Of a DNA stretch of 32,920 nt, positions 10,838 to 21,702 are shown piece after piece (position 1 is the stretch's first letter; every line of letters starts with the position of its first letter). Where the stretch lies: positions 51,338,430 through 51,371,349 of the forward strand of contig NC_068989.1 in assembly GCF_001194135.2 (NCBI RefSeq), read 5' to 3'. Under the pieces are notes generated by a model that was not told the origin of the DNA, made no database searches, and saw only the letters and a program-made list of their open reading frames with translations. The position numbers and the translations under genes were made by a program. This stretch comes from Octopus bimaculoides. Lineage: Eukaryota.

Positions 10838-13435
10838 AATGCACTTAAGTAATATTCTTTTCATGCCATTACATATAAAAGCCATTCTTAAATAAGCACT
10901 GCTTAAGGTGATACCGAAGGGTTATTATCAGAGAACAATCATTATATCCTTTCACCACCCATTTTTAAGCTTTAAAATGCGTTTCAATCTTGTGTTGAAT
11001 TAGTTGAATCAATACTAGATAAGCCTATCTTAGAGCGCACTCCAAATAAACATTCTGTGTATGGCAAATCACAGAAACAAATATCACAACATTATCGACA
11101 ATAACCGTATTTACTAATTTAGACCTGAATTTAAAAACACCACACACATTCTCCCGAACTGGAAAGCTATTGGATGTTATGTTTGAAAACATTCATCAAT
11201 TACTCATTTTGCTTTTGTTAAAATGTCAATGCATTCACTAAACAAATATTGAATTAGGGTATGGTATAATTTGTTGAGGAAATTGAAACTTCTATAGTCT
11301 TCACAATTTGTGAAAGACATTTTCATTTCCTACGCAAGGCATGTAAGCATTATGCATCAAACCTGAGTGTATTGGATCTTCAGTTAGTGAAGAAATTATT
11401 ACATTCTGTACAAAGAATAAACAATTTGTGTAGATCTCCTTTGAATTTCCTCTACAAGAAAGAACAATTTATTTTAAATCCAAACAAAGAACATTGGTTG
11501 AAATCTGGCTAATACTGGTTCTATCGCTTCCGATATTTTCTTTGTTTTCTTTTATTCTGCTAAGCTACGTTAACCACACTATATTGTTATTGTATTCGTA
11601 GTTCTACAACGATTGATGCCAACTTTTAAATTGGTGCATATGAAATTACGTGTAACATTGTAATGCAGCTAACGACACTTTTCGACATTATGGTTTTCCA
11701 TTTCCTCTCCTTCTGTTTGATATGTTGGACATAAGACAACTTTGATGAATAGATTCCGATAAACTGGATTTACTGTCAAAATTTTACTTGTACAAAATGA
11801 TTCATGTTCCATTGAGATCTGTAGACTACGAGATTCGAGACATATTTGCATCATTTAGCTTCAGAGCTGCTGTTTCAATCCTGAATTAAATCCATTACGC
11901 TAACCATTTTATTAATATATTCACTGTATATAGCTATAGCGAAACTTAAATAGATTACAGTCAGTTGCATAGATTGGGTGTAAGCATTTTTTTCTCGGTT
12001 AATATTTACCTACACGTTACCGGATACAATGTAATTAATCTCTATACTAATCCAATTTATGTACCACTAATAGTGTCAGCATATTATGATCAACTCTCAT
12101 GGTACTACATAATCAACATGATTTAATTCATATCCACAATTCAAACTATAAAGTTATAAGTACAGATTTGACAGTTGTTAAATAACCCCCTGACATAATG
12201 CAATAAGGAAAGTTCGCTAACTTTTATATCCTTGTGTTTTGGATATATGATTTAAACGAATCGGGGATAAAGCAAGTATTCAATGACGTACTTCAACTAC
12301 TGCCATGCAATGCTCCAAACGCTCTCAGTCGTCTCAACGATAACGTTACTCTTTATAAGAGTTCAACGAGTGCCTCTTTTCTTCACACAGGACTGTTAAT
12401 GCCTATTATAAAAACACTATCGCGGGTGCTGAATGACCTGGCAGTAACAAATAAGGTTTATTCGAATAAAAAAAGGTTATTCTAGTCGTGAATATGGATG
12501 GATAGATATGTTGAATAAAGGAACTATGATTACATTAGGTCTCACATGAAGAAGAAGGAACAGTTGTAAATGGAATGCCGGCAAAATCATGTAGATTTGA
12601 CACACAATTATTCTCCAAGTGGGGCCCATCCGGGTGATATAACTATAAATCTCGGCGGTGGGGAGCTTTACTGAATATACGCGAAGGCATTAAAAAAATT
12701 TGCACATCAATATTAACATCTCATGCAGACATTCAACGTAAATTAAATATTAATGACTTCATTTGTCTCAGCATTCCAAGACACAGTTTTACATATACAT
12801 CACAAGGACAATCATCTCCCTTTTTATAAATTATCCATAAAGAGGGAAATAGCTATACCAACTCATGGCATTCTTAGGTATAATGACTCATGGCTTTCTT
12901 AGGAAGCATTCAATATATTATAGAACGCACATGCAACACTCATAAGCAAGTATGGCTTGGGAAAACATATGTAAGCATCCAGAGTTAAAAGTAAACATTT
13001 GGTAAGATGAATCGTTAATAAATATTTATCTCATATCACCAAAGATGCAAAACGTTCACCCATGTCAAACACCCGAACTAAAATAACACTAATATTCAAC
13101 CAAAGACAGTCAATGTGGGTGAATTCAATGTGAATAAATAAACTTCAAACAGTTCCTTTGAGCACATACGTATCCCAGCAGTCTAATTAGAAGAATTCTT
13201 CCTTAGATATCACTTTCTCTTTTACGTAACTAAATAAAACATACATAATGTCAATGATTTGCAGAAACAGCTACTCTGATCACCACCCCATTATCACCAT
13301 AACACACGTGTGTGCAATTTATCAAACGAAGCGTTTTGTTAGCATTAACTGATATTTGAATGTAATGTTTTCCACTAATAAGCAGAAAGATTAACCGTAT
13401 TCAAGAACACCATAACGAAGTGCAATAATGTTGTC

Positions 13436-13472
13436 ATATATATACATATACACATACATATTGCATGCAAAC

Positions 13473-13553
<81 letters not shown>

Positions 13554-13884
13554 NNNNNNNNNNNNNNNNNNNNNNNNNNNNNNNNNNNNNNNNNNNNNNN
13601 NNNNNNNNNNNNNNNNNNNNNNNNNNNNNNNNNNNNNNNNNNNNNNNNNNNNNNNNNNNNNNNNNNNNNNNNNNNNNNNNNNNNNNNNNNNNNNNNNNNN
13701 NNNNNNNNNNNNNNNNNNNNNNNNNNNNNNNNNNNNNNNNNNNNNNNNNNNNNNNNNNNNNNNNNNNNNNNNNNNNNNNNNNNNNNNNNNNNNNNNNNNN
13801 NNNNNNNNNNNNNNNNNNNNNNNNNNNNNNNNNNNNNNNNNNNNNNNNNNNNNNNNNNNNNNNNNNNNNNNNNNNNNNNNNNNN
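13436..13884. repeat. (CA)n(TA)n microsatellite followed by assembly gap 13554-13884
   Basis: Direct reading; 331 N. Confidence 0.95.
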
Positions 13885-14225
13885 ACAGGATATCAGCGCA
13901 GTAAATACACTGACAAAACTAATTTATATAAATAAGGATAAGATCGGTATTTAAAATATTGATCTTATCAAGTGGTCAGCATGGGAATAAAAACCATCAA
14001 AGGTAATAATTATTTAAAATTATAATACAGGGTATCAACAGATACCACCACGCTGAAAAAATAGCAGTCAAATCCTGACTCCAAAACCACAATAAATGTC
14101 CGCAAGGCACGATTAGCGAAGACGAAGACCAAATAAACCAGTAAAAATAATAAGATAATTTCAAATCCTGGATTTCTGGCTTAGCATAAATGCTCTGCCT
14201 TCATCAGTGAAATATACTCAAGTAC
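13885..14225 (-). mobile_element. Putative Penelope-like or retrozyme-type remnant with a hammerhead ribozyme
   Basis: Hammerhead at 14158-14213 and GTCTTCGTCTT at 14129-14119. The segment runs into a gap whose other side is (CA)n(TA)n. Class and boundaries are inferred. Confidence 0.45.
14158..14213 (-). ncRNA. Type I minimal hammerhead ribozyme motif
   Basis: The minus strand reads ATTTCA-CTGATGA-A-GGC-AG-AGCAT-TT-ATGCT-AA-GCC-A-GAAA-TCC-A-GGA-T-T-TGAAAT. It has a 6-bp stem I, a perfect CUGAUGA/GAAA core, a quasi-palindromic stem III and an AUU triplet (predicted cut between 14164 and 14163). There is an A.A mismatch at the base of stem II. Confidence 0.75.
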
Positions 14226-14264
14226 ATAAATACAAATACAGGTTGATTTGTTTCTCTTTACTTT

Positions 14265-14655
14265 CTTTCATTTTGCGTTCCTCTGTTGCATGTTGATAAA
14301 TTCGTTATTTGCCATAGCTCCATATTGCTTATGTGTTTGGGCCATCTAATTTTAAATTTACTACGCAAGCATCTGTTGCTGAATGATTGTATTTGCATAT
14401 TCGACTTAACTGTTGTTCGCCATGTCTCAGCCCCATACAATAACACCGCTTTTACGCTAGTGTTAAAAATTCTTATTTTGTTCTTTATTAAAATTACACT
14501 TGTGCTCCATACTTTTTTTAACAGGTGAAAATCGGTCCTTGCCTTACTTATTATCGTCTTAATATCTTCATCGATGCCGCCTGAGAACGTTATTTTACTA
14601 CCTAAATACGTAAACTCGGTTACATCCTCTAGTTCACCGGTTTCTAGTTTAATAA
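14265..14655 (-). pseudogene. RTE-clade LINE reverse transcriptase C-terminal fragment
   Basis: ORF 14258-14761 contains LEDVTEFTYLGSKITFSGGIDEDIKTIISKARTDF...KIRIFNTSVKAVLLYGAETW...RCLR...IRWPKHISNMELW, typical of the RTE RT thumb and downstream region. There is no YADD motif or endonuclease, and the first ~36 aa of the ORF look unrelated. Confidence 0.9.
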
Positions 14656-15756
14656 GTTCACTGTTTAAACTAGGATCGAAAGTCAATCGCGACAAATCCT
14701 TCTTTTGAGAAATTCCCAAATGTGGGAAGGCGCGTTGTTCATATTCTGTCCTTCTTCCCACGTTGACGACAGAAGTAATGGTATTTCATAACTGCATTAT
14801 TGTTATACCCCAAATATAATGTAGATGCTTTGTGAAAGTCTAACAGCAATTTTAAATCAAACGCATTATTGTATAATAACTTTGATATCAGTATAAGTTT
14901 CAAAGCCATTCCTAGTTATTAAACTAAATATATACTACGGAACACAGCGCTAACCAAGAATACAAAAGTTACTCATGTCACTAGGCCTGTTTTCTTTTTT
15001 ACAAAATCATTTCCTCTTTGCCTTGATTTCCATTTTCTAAATAATTTACTGCATATATTCGCATATACAAGACATTTGCCACAATTAATGAACGCATACG
15101 CACAGACACCTACCTAGATAATCCGTCACACATAAATACTCACACTACTATTTTTACAGCTGCACGTTTACTTCAATTGTACACCATTCACGTAGAAAGC
15201 TGACTTAACAATACATAAAGTAGTAAATAATAAATGTAGTCTTTGTTTTCACATCTGCTACACTATATAAAACATGAGTTACATCTCAGTGAAAAACAAA
15301 ATCATACTACAAACAGGAATATAAACATACTATATACAAGGATGCAACTTATTAGTCATACACAAAATTCCTCAATAGTGTAGAAAGTGCTAGAAGACAG
15401 AAGCACTACATATTATTATGGTATTTACAGGTCTCACTGCCATAAGTTAGCAACACAGCAGAAGAATATATATTGCGTCATCTCATAAAGAATGCGTTTC
15501 TTTATATTTCTCTTATTTCACAATATTCTTCCATCTGTCGTATAGACTTTCAAAGTCCCTCTTGTGAGAGTGAGAGTTGCAATCATTCTCTTGCTTCAAT
15601 ATTTTGTGCTACAACCGGAACAACCCACCGCCTAAAGAAAAAAAGGAACATGAAAATTAACGTGGAAACGAACTAGTGGAAACGTATTGCAACGGACGTG
15701 AACAACGGCGTTGCTAAGAAATTCTAACCAGCATCAAGTGATAAATAGATGCAACA

Positions 15757-15838
15757 TCTCACACACTCACTCACACGCACACGAACACACGTGCATTTAT
15801 ACATACACACAACTCACATACACACACACATATATATG
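15757..15838. repeat. Imperfect (CA)n-rich tract
   Basis: Direct reading of the sequence. Confidence 0.75.
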
Positions 15839-17429
15839 ATTAGAAAAATATGTGTTTGTGCTTGTGTATCTGTAAGTATATGCGTGTATCAAAATTGTTT
15901 CAAAATTATATGCTGTTCACGAATGATGTGAATAGATCTTGAATATTTAATCATATAGAAAATACAAAGAAAGAGTGTTAGGAAACATGAGTCTGTTAGG
16001 TAAGTCTCTCAGGTATTACACGGCTCGATATCTTTAGAAACGTAATCCAGAAAGTTCAACTGATCTATATTTAGTATTTTCTTCTTCTTGAAGTATATGT
16101 TCCGGAACTTGCTTCATACCGATAAGATTATTTCTTCAATGAAAGTTCGAAATATATTGCATGAAAATACAGGATCAATAACGGAAAACAAATACTATTT
16201 GGCAATGAAGTATTTTTAGAATTCTCTAGGTAATGAATTGGCAGAAATTCTTGAGGAGAGAATAACGATATTTTATAGGTGTACTAGTCTGCATGTGCAT
16301 AAAGTTTGTATTTGTGTTCACTATCATCATAAATATCCCCACATAAATACGTCTAGGTTCTGGGAATTATATTCGTATCTAATCAAAAAGAATTCTGTAA
16401 CAATTTTTACTTATCTGTAGTCTATCTTAGTTTCATGAAATCTCTTACACATACCTTCAATTTACACGTTAAAAGTTATCAAAATTAATGAAATTCCATA
16501 GACTACAAAAGTTGTAGGCACATAGCAAAAGATGAAGCATTGACATCTTCGAAGCAGTTATCCAATCGCATGTTTTTTTTTTGTTTTTTTAGTATTTTTC
16601 TTTCTGATCAATATTTGATGTTGTTCAAGGAACATTGTTATTTTGTGTTTCAGTCATATATAACTGTACTTCTATGTATGAAAATACATGATACGAATAT
16701 TATTTTTATTTCTTATATTTTCATGTCCGCCTTTATTGGCTGACATATGATTAAGAGTGTTGCAAATTCTTCTTACTTGAAATTCATTCACAGAATAATA
16801 TTATGTAATTTTTATACGTTTTCGCAAGGAAAAGTGTGTAAGCTAATAAAAATTATCCTGCATTTTGTAACAAATTGAGCCATATAGAAGATTTATATTG
16901 CACATTTCCATCCACTTTATGGATTATGTTCGATACTAAACCGTATGTATCTCTAAGACGTTCAATTAAACACGTTACATGAGTCTAAATACTATGGTCT
17001 GGAACAAAATTTAACAGACATCCATCATTAATTCCTTGTTTCTAGGAAAGATACATTTTATGGAGAGACGAAATGTCAAAGTTGTATAACTTGTAATTTC
17101 GAGATTTCGCATTGAGAAATTGAAATATTGCAGCAATAATGTAATTAGTTAAAGGAAATCACTTAATGTCAACTATTATCTGTTTTAATTATAAATATAT
17201 TCTCGGATATACGATTGTCTCGGGCATGTAATAAAAGAGGTAATGAAGATAAATATGACAATGTAATTACTTTGTCACAAAATGTAATTGTTTTTGATAC
17301 ACAAATCATGATTGAATTCTACGTCCGTTATCATGCGTAAATTAATTATTTCAGAAATGAAAAATGAATGCAATTTTTTAAAGTTAGAAAACAACATAAT
17401 ATAGAATAAAAAGACTCCGTAGAAACATT

Positions 17430-17458
17430 TTATATATGTATATACAATATGTATATGT

Positions 17459-17491
<33 letters not shown>

Positions 17492-18057
17492 NNNNNNNNN
17501 NNNNNNNNNNNNNNNNNNNNNNNNNNNNNNNNNNNNNNNNNNNNNNNNNNNNNNNNNNNNNNNNNNNNNNNNNNNNNNNNNNNNNNNNNNNNNNNNNNNN
17601 NNNNNNNNNNNNNNNNNNNNNNNNNNNNNNNNNNNNNNNNNNNNNNNNNNNNNNNNNNNNNNNNNNNNNNNNNNNNNNNNNNNNNNNNNNNNNNNNNNNN
17701 NNNNNNNNNNNNNNNNNNNNNNNNNNNNNNNNNNNNNNNNNNNNNNNNNNNNNNNNNNNNNNNNNNNNNNNNNNNNNNNNNNNNNNNNNNNNNNNNNNNN
17801 NNNNNNNNNNNNNNNNNNNNNNNNNNNNNNNNNNNNNNNNNNNNNNNNNNNNNNNNNNNNNNNNNNNNNNNNNNNNNNNNNNNNNNNNNNNNNNNNNNNN
17901 NNNNNNNNNNNNNNNNNNNNNNNNNNNNNNNNNNNNNNNNNNNNNNNNNNNNNNNNNNNNNNNNNNNNNNNNNNNNNNNNNNNNNNNNNNNNNNNNNNNN
18001 NNNNNNNNNNNNNNNNNNNNNNNNNNNNNNNNNNNNNNNNNNNNNNNNNNNNATATA
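17430..18057. repeat. (TA)n microsatellite with assembly gap 17492-18052
   Basis: Direct reading; 561 N. Confidence 0.95.
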
Positions 18058-18464
18058 CGTCGTTAGACACCGTGCAGTTAAAGCAACAGAACAATTATGG
18101 ACTGACAGATTGTTATCTCTTTTGATTCAGAAAAGACAACATTCCGTGTCAAAGGACGGCGGGATTGTAAAAGATTTTACAATATATATAATATAATGTT
18201 TAATTTTCACAATATATAACATATTATGTTAAATTTGTACAATATCTTTAATATTATGTTATGTTATATATTATATTCTTAGTATTTAATGTAATATTGT
18301 AATATAAATAAAATATTTGATTGTCAGTATAATATCTCCATATTTAACTTAACTTTATAATTGAACTATACCACTATTTATATCGTATGCAACTGAAGTA
18401 CCAGTGAATTGGATGTTTAACACACCCTTTGAAGCCTTTCTTTTCCTCAGTTTGTTACTGTTTA

Positions 18465-18545
18465 TATATACATACATACATACATACATAAATACATACA
18501 TACATACATAATACATAGATAGATACACACACACGCACACATATC
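18465..18545. repeat. (TACA)n/(TAGA)n/(CA)n compound tract
   Basis: Direct reading of the sequence. Confidence 0.9.
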
Positions 18546-18627
18546 TTTGTGATTTAAGGCTACAAGAAATAAATAAAAATTCCATCCACCAATGTGATGT
18601 TGAGCACTCATTTTCATCATTCGATAT

Positions 18628-18683
18628 TTACGAATATATGTGTGTGTGTGTGTGTGTCTGTGTGTGTGTGTGTGCGTGTGTGC

Positions 18684-18717
<34 letters not shown>

Positions 18718-18925
18718 CTGTGTATCTGAAAGTAATGTCCTATGGAAAAGAGAAGGAAAGAAAGAAGGAAGAAAGGAAGAAGAAAACATGTGTTTACATC
18801 TATACAGCTGGGCAGTTCTTTCAATTGAAGATGACAAGTTAATTAATAACAATTATTCTTCAAAACATTGTCTGGATTAATCGTCATCATCCTCATCATC
18901 TTTGTCCATGCTTGTCCCGGGTTGG
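18628..18925 (+). repeat. Copy 1 of a ~250-300 bp unit: (GT)n + GCCTGTGTATCTGAAAG + GAA-rich tract + unique core
   Basis: Core ATCTATACAGCTGGGCAGTTCTTTCAATTGAAGATGACAAG...ATTGTCTGGA...GTCATCATC recurs twice on the minus strand at 19.1-19.7 kb. Confidence 0.85.
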
Positions 18926-19129
18926 AAAATCTGGATGTAAGAATGTTTCTATTTATGTATATACTCATATATGTATAGTACTGTGTGTGTTTTTATTTTG
19001 AAACCTGAACACCAGGAATGGAAATTGGTCCAACAAACACAGAAGATGGAAATAAAACAACTACCGCAGACAAAACAACACATAAATTCCATGTAGACCA
19101 CCCCTACATCTAAAAGAAAACGTATATTT

Positions 19130-19390
19130 TCTGAAAAATAACTTTTATTAACCAGCTTGTCATCTTCTATTGAAAGAACTGACCAGTTGTATAGATCTAA
19201 GCACATTTTTTCTTCTTCCTTTCTTCCTTTTTTCTTCTTCCTTTCTTCCTTTTTTCTTCTTCCTTTCTTCCTTTTTTCTTTCCTTCTCAATCCATTAACA
19301 CTCCTTTCAGATACACAGGCACACGCACACATATACACGCACACATACATACACACAACAATAAAAACACTCTCTCTCACAGGACAGTGA
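19130..19390 (-). repeat. Copy 2 of the unit (inverted relative to copy 1)
   Basis: The minus strand reads GTGCCTGTGTATCTGAAAGG...(GGAAGAAAGGAAGAAGAAAAAA)x3...ATCTATACAACTGGTCAGTTCTTTCAATAGAAGATGACAAG. Confidence 0.85.
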
Positions 19391-19700
19391 TGATGACAAT
19401 CATAATAAGTCCAGACAATTTTTTGAAAAATAAATTTTTTATCAAAACAAGACCTCCTGGTTTTTGCCATTTTTAAAGGCCAAGAATCAACTTGCCATCT
19501 TGTATTGAAAGAATTGACCAGCTGTATAGATGCAAACACATTTTGTCTTCTTTCTCTCTTCCTTCTTTCATTCCTTCTCTTTTCCATTGTCACTCTTTTC
19601 AGATATACAGACACACACACACATAAAACAAACACACACGCTCTCTCTCTCTCGCTTTCTCCCCATTCCTTTCGACACCCATGACAGGGACACAGTGAAG
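19391..19700 (-). repeat. Copy 3 of the unit (tandem with copy 2)
   Basis: The minus strand reads GTCTGTATATCTGAAAAG...ATCTATACAGCTGGTCAATTCTTTCAATACAAGATGGCAAG...AATTGTCTGGACTT...GTCATCATC. Confidence 0.85.
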
Positions 19701-19927
19701 GGGAAAAGTGGTGGGAGAGGAGAAGGCAAGGAAATGTGAGCGATGGGGAACGAAAGAACGAGCGGTGGAACGAACGAATAAGGGTGAAGGGGCTGATAGA
19801 CAAAAATACTCATAAAAGATTTAGAAAAATGTGTACTTACATATATATATTTTTATATATATACTTATTTTTATGTATATACTTATTTTGAGTAAATGAA
19901 ATTATTAATTCTATTATATATACTTCT

Positions 19928-20225
19928 GAAGGTGCATGGCTCAGTGGTTAGAGCGCCGGGCGCAAAATCATGCGGTCGTGAGTTAGTTTTGTGGTCTTGA
20001 GCAAGACACTTTATTTCATGTTTTTTTCCAGTTAACTCGGCTGTAGGAATGAGTTGTGACGTCACTAGTGCGAAGTTGTGTCGGTCTTTGCTTTTTCCTT
20101 GGATGACATATCGGTGGTGTGGAAAGGAAAGGCTGGTATGTATATGTGACTGCTGGTCTTCCATAAACAACCTTGCCTGGATTTGTGCCTCGGAGGGGAC
20201 TTTCTACTTGCAGTCTCATGATAAT
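19928..20225 (+). mobile_element. tRNA-derived SINE, family C (CORE/V-like central domain), B-box region deleted
   Basis: Perfect A box TGGCTCAGTGG (19937-19947). CTTGAGCAAGACACTTTATTTCA is shared with the 30969 copy, but the 3' half differs. Confidence 0.8.
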
Positions 20226-20845
20226 TTCTTACGTGTGACTGCCTGCCTGGAATGTTTATTTTGCTTATATACTGTCCCTTTAGAGTTAAAACCTTCCGCG
20301 AGTATGTCGGTTTAAGTGGACTGGTAATTAGGTCTTGGGGTTGTTGGCTATGGAGGTGTGCTTTATCGATCAAATTGGGGTTATATCATTGTTTAGTATA
20401 TATTCATACAGACAGTACTTTGTAAACACGTGTGAATATTCAGCCGTAACATGTATGGCAGGTAGGCGTGGAACAGACCAGTAGTTATAGCTATTTTTGT
20501 TTTTATTGGTTTAATCTTCTCTTTTGACAATGTGAAGATCAACATTTCGAGTATTTACAAATTCATTAATAGAGTTGTTCAACTGTTTTATTATGGATTT
20601 TGTTAGGGCTCACAGGCGAATGCAATAAATGGTACGTTTATGTCGAAAAGTTAATTGTTGTTACTATTTAATGTATTAGAGTTAGTCTCTTGCTAATCTG
20701 ACATTCACCTATAGGTGCAGATGGTCTTCAAAGAGTTTAGGACTGAATAATACACTTCATACACTCCAAAAACGAATGAATACAACACCCTCAAAAGACT
20801 GAATAAATCACACTCCCAAGAGATTACAATTAAATAAGCTACTCC

Positions 20846-20890
20846 ACACACACACACACACTCACACACGCGCGCGCATACACACACATT
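20846..20890. repeat. (CA)n/(CG)n microsatellite
   Basis: Direct reading of the sequence. Confidence 0.85.
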
Positions 20891-21282
20891 CGCGAATATA
20901 TTATTCCTGTCGTACTGTTATTATAGAGTGTAAATGAGATAAAAAGAAAAGAAATACAAAATGAAACGAAAATAAAAAAAAGGAAATACAAAGTGAAAAA
21001 GAAAGCAAGGAGGACTAAATATTGATGGGGGGGGGGATGAAGAAAGTCGGAGAATTGTTAGCATGTATTGGAATTCGACGTTGAAAATGGTAGATTAATG
21101 AAGAAGTGAAACTGGACCGGGAGAATGGTGTTATCATGTTTTGTGTGAAGAAGCAAGTTGGTAGCTGTGCATATAAAATAGAAACAGATGAACAGATATA
21201 TAATTGAATATTGAATACATAAATATAAATGAATATATAATTTCTATAATCTGCATATATATGTAAAACTACGCATACGTAT

Positions 21283-21511
21283 ATTTATTTATTTATTTAT
21301 TTATTTATTCATTTATTTATTGCCCACAGCGGCTAAACATAGACGTGGAAAACAAGGACTGGCAAAGGAATTAAGGCGATTATATTGATCTCCAGTGCGT
21401 AAATGGTACTTATTTAATCGACCCCGAAAGGCAAAGTCGACCTCGGCGGAAATTGAACTCACAACGTAACGGCAGAAGAAATACCACTAAGCATTTCGCC
21501 CGGCGTGGTAA
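21283..21511 (-). mobile_element. SINE family A, 5'-clipped copy with an (AAAT)n tail
   Basis: The minus strand starts at TTACCACGCCGGGCGAAATGCTTAG, continues through GAGTTCAATTTCCGCCGAGGTCGACTTTGCC, and has the tail TCCTTGTTTTCC...GTTTAGCCGCTGTGGGCAATAAATAAAT. Confidence 0.9.
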
Positions 21512-21702
21512 ACCGAAATTTTAGGAAAGAGGGCTAGTCTCTTAGATCGACCCCAGTACGCAACTGATGCTTAATTTATCGACTCCGAAAGGATGAAAAG
21601 CAAAGTTGATCGCGGCGGAATTTCAACTCAGAACTTAAAGACAGACTAAATACCATAAGTATTTCACCCGGCGTGCTAATGTTTCTGCCAGCTCGCCGCC
21701 TT
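21512..21702 (-). mobile_element. SINE family A, complete head and body with a different, truncated tail
   Basis: The minus strand reads AAGGCGGCGAGCTGGCAGAAACATTAGCACGCCGGG...CTTTTCATCCTTTCGGAGTCGATAAATTAAG...GGGGTCGATCTAAGAGACTAGCCC...AAAATTTCGG. Confidence 0.9.

Noticed and set aside
12630-12675. KLPTAEIYSYI resembling forkhead helix 2
   Set aside because: The following residues lack the W.NSIRHNLS signature.
18355-19813. 284-aa ORF 18949-19803 and overlapping ORFs
   Set aside because: Low-complexity translation of microsatellite and GAA-rich repeat units, with no domain and no credible start context.
19928-20000. Possible tRNA genes at SINE heads (also 30969 and 21702)
   Set aside because: A/B-box-like motifs are present, but no complete cloverleaf forms and the sequences continue into SINE bodies.
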